Assembly (NCBI GenBank): GCA_900548515.1
Contig: URKU01000003.1
Coordinates: 2,951-66,950 of the forward strand
Direction: 5' to 3'
Source of the DNA: an uncultured Collinsella sp.
Lineage (GTDB): Bacteria; Actinomycetota; Coriobacteriia; Coriobacteriales; Coriobacteriaceae
Length of the DNA stretch: 64,000 bases
Shown one piece after another: positions 62,158 to 64,000 of the stretch. The notes below the pieces were generated by a model. The model searched no databases. It had not been told where the DNA came from and was given only the letters and a program-made list of their open reading frames with translations. A program made the translations under genes and the position numbers. Each line of letters begins with the position of its first letter. The first letter of the stretch is position 1.

Positions 62158-62398
62158 AATCGCAACACTTATGTCACCCTGAATATCGAAACTCAGCACA
62201 AGACATCGTTCTTAAGCTCGTAGGCAACCTCCACGCCCGCTGATATCTCACCCACACGAGACGTATTCGATTTCGGCTTGGTTGCAAAACGACACCGGTC
62301 ACCGGATATCATGAACGCTGTTCAGGCGCACTATAGTAAGCTGTATCCGCACTAGCCCGTATCAGTGACAACATCGACCGCATTTTCCAGGAGACGCC

Positions 62399-63415
62399 AT
62401 GACACAACCAGTTCGCACCGCACCTACGCTTGCCGAGGTTGCCGCAGCTGCCGGCGTGTCGCGCTCCACGGCATCGCGCGCCCTCAACGATTCGCCCCGC
62501 ATTAGCGAGGAAACCAAAAAGCGCGTCCGCGCGGCGGCCAAGGAAGTCAATTTTGTCCCCAACGCTCGTGGCCGAGCGCTCGCTGTCGGGCGCACGGAAA
62601 TCATCGCCGTGCTCGTGACCGAGCCTCTGAGTGAACTCTTCAGCGACCCCACCTATAGCGAGTTTTTGAGCGGCATTACCGAGGAACTGTCGGAGTCGTC
62701 CTATCTGCCCGTTATCTTGCAGGCGTCTTCTACGCATGAGCGCAACCGCGCACGCGAGCACTTTGAGCGCCGCTCGTTCGACGCCGTGATCGACGTCTCT
62801 CCCTACAAAGGCAGCGAGCTGCTCGAGGTGCTGCGCGAGCTGGGCGTACCCACCGTGTTGTGCGGCCAGCTCGAGGGCCACCCCTATCGCGATGTGTTCT
62901 CGACGGTCTACTCTGACGAAGAAGAGGGCGGACATTTTGCGGCACTCGCCATGAAGGATCGCGGGCGCAAAGATATCGTCGCCGTGTTGGGACCGCAAGA
63001 CAACCCCGCTGTTGTCGACCGCCTGCGCGGCTACCGCGCCGTCTTGGGCGAAGACCTCCCAGACGCAAACGTTATCTATACCGGCTGGAACAGCGGAGAC
63101 GGCTATCAGGCCATGCACCAGATCCTCGCGCGCGAGATTGCTTTCGATGGCGTGCTCTGCGGATCGGACCGTATCGCGGCTGGCGTCATCACCGCACTCA
63201 ACGAGGCAGGCCTATCCGTTCCTGCGGACGTTTCTGTCGTCGGCTTCGACGATCACGAGATTGCGGCGCGCTGCGTCCCCGCGCTCACGACCGTCCGCCA
63301 GCCCCTGCGCGAAGAAGGACACATGGCCGCCAACATTGCGCTCGACATGATCAAGGGTGCCGAGCCCACCACCACCGTCATGCACATGCAGCTCGTTCAG
63401 AGAGACTCGCTATAA
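62399..63415 (+). CDS. LacI-family repressor of the ebg-like operon
   Basis: TLAEVAAAAGVSRSTASRALN, VSVVGFDD and PALTTVRQP motifs. Confidence 0.92.
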   Translation: MTQPVRTAPTLAEVAAAAGVSRSTASRALNDSPRISEETKKRVRAAAKEVNFVPNARGRALAVGRTEIIAVLVTEPLSELFSDPTYSEFLSGITEELSESSYLPVILQASSTHERNRAREHFERRSFDAVIDVSPYKGSELLEVLRELGVPTVLCGQLEGHPYRDVFSTVYSDEEEGGHFAALAMKDRGRKDIVAVLGPQDNPAVVDRLRGYRAVLGEDLPDANVIYTGWNSGDGYQAMHQILAREIAFDGVLCGSDRIAAGVITALNEAGLSVPADVSVVGFDDHEIAARCVPALTTVRQPLREEGHMAANIALDMIKGAEPTTTVMHMQLVQRDSL

Positions 63416-63419
63416 GAAA

Positions 63420-63620
63420 CTGGGGCAGGCTTTCCGCCAAACAGTTGTTGCGGAAAGCCTGTCCCGTTTGAGCGCTCATTCTGGGGCACAGTTTCCGTTA
63501 GACAGCTCGACCGGAAAGCGCGTCCCGTTATTTGGCTGGATTCTGGGTCGCAGTTTCCAAAAGGACCCTGTTTGGGAAACTGCGACCCGTTTTGGACGCA
63601 AATTCTGGGACGCAGTTTCC
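63420..63620. repeat. Tandem array of about 62-bp palindromic units (3.5 copies)
   Basis: CTGGG...TTTCC-loop-GGAAA...CCCGTT units at 63420, 63481, 63543 and a half unit at 63605. Confidence 0.75.
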
Positions 63621-63661
63621 GCGACGCCCAGTCAACCTATGCCCTCGCAACGCCCGCGCAT

Positions 63662-63696
63662 AAAAAACGAGGGAAGGCACGCGTCCTTCCCTCGTT
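63662..63696 (-). terminator. Intrinsic terminator after aspS
   Basis: aacgagggaagg/ccttccctcgtt stem with a minus-strand U-tract. Confidence 0.75.
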
Positions 63697-63719
63697 ACAG
63701 GCAATATGTAGCCGTTTGC

Positions 63720-64000
63720 CTACATCAGGCGCAGGCTGACGTCCTTGAGCTGGGCGCCGGAAACGGCACTCGGAGCGCCCGACATAAGGTCGGAGCCGCT
63801 GGCCGTCTTAGGGAACGCCATGACGTCGCGGATGGAGTCGGAACCGGTGAGCAGCATGCACACGCGGTCCAGGCCCAGAGCGAAACCGCCCATCGGGGGC
63901 GCACCAAACTTGAGGGCCTCCATGAGGAAGCCAAACTGAGACTCGGCGCGCTCCTCGGTAAAGCCCAGGAGCTTGAGCATGGACATCTGCATCTCGGCGT
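63720..64000 (-). CDS. aspS: Aspartyl-tRNA synthetase, 3' end (partial)
   Basis: [24 protein letters not shown]...[11 protein letters not shown] motif 3. Confidence 0.93.
   Translation of the reverse strand, partial: AEMQMSMLKLLGFTEERAESQFGFLMEALKFGAPPMGGFALGLDRVCMLLTGSDSIRDVMAFPKTASGSDLMSGAPSAVSGAQLKDVSLRLM

Noticed and set aside
63420..63620. Possible CRISPR array
   Set aside because: Repeats are degenerate palindromes with ~15-nt variable loops, not identical repeats with ~30-40-nt spacers; no cas genes in the window

Overview
GC-rich Actinomycetota chromosome segment. Gene content and style suggest Coriobacteriia, Collinsella-like (an inference). It runs from ligA, htrA and glnR-glnA on the left to the 3' end of aspS on the right. 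Most of the window is a sugar-acid/pectin catabolic region: kdgK and eda; an IlvD/Edd-type dehydratase with a GntP permease; DhuD/DhuI-like enzymes; uxaC-uxaB-uxaA; a GPH transporter, GH28, esterases including a CE8-alpha/beta-hydrolase fusion, and GH105. A recurrent LacI-type operator, GTGAACGTTCAC, links these operons. Accessory blocks interrupt the region: an AAA+ ATPase gene behind a 10-bp tandem array, a decayed integrase beside a tRNA-Met 3'-half (att scar), an MFS/CBS/MGMT block, a RelB-MNT/HEPN toxin-antitoxin pair and a complete kdpFABC/kdpDE locus bounded by direct repeats. feoAAB, an HPr-like gene with Asp at position 46 and an ebgA-ebgC-permease operon (permease interrupted by a nonsense codon) follow. 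The most notable non-coding signals are two structured RNA motifs, each present twice with compensatory base changes and conserved C-rich unpaired segments (6760/10125 and 7980/10220), and several families of palindromic REP/MITE-like elements that often sit at the borders of accessory modules. All calls come from reading motifs and context by eye; no searches or folding were run.
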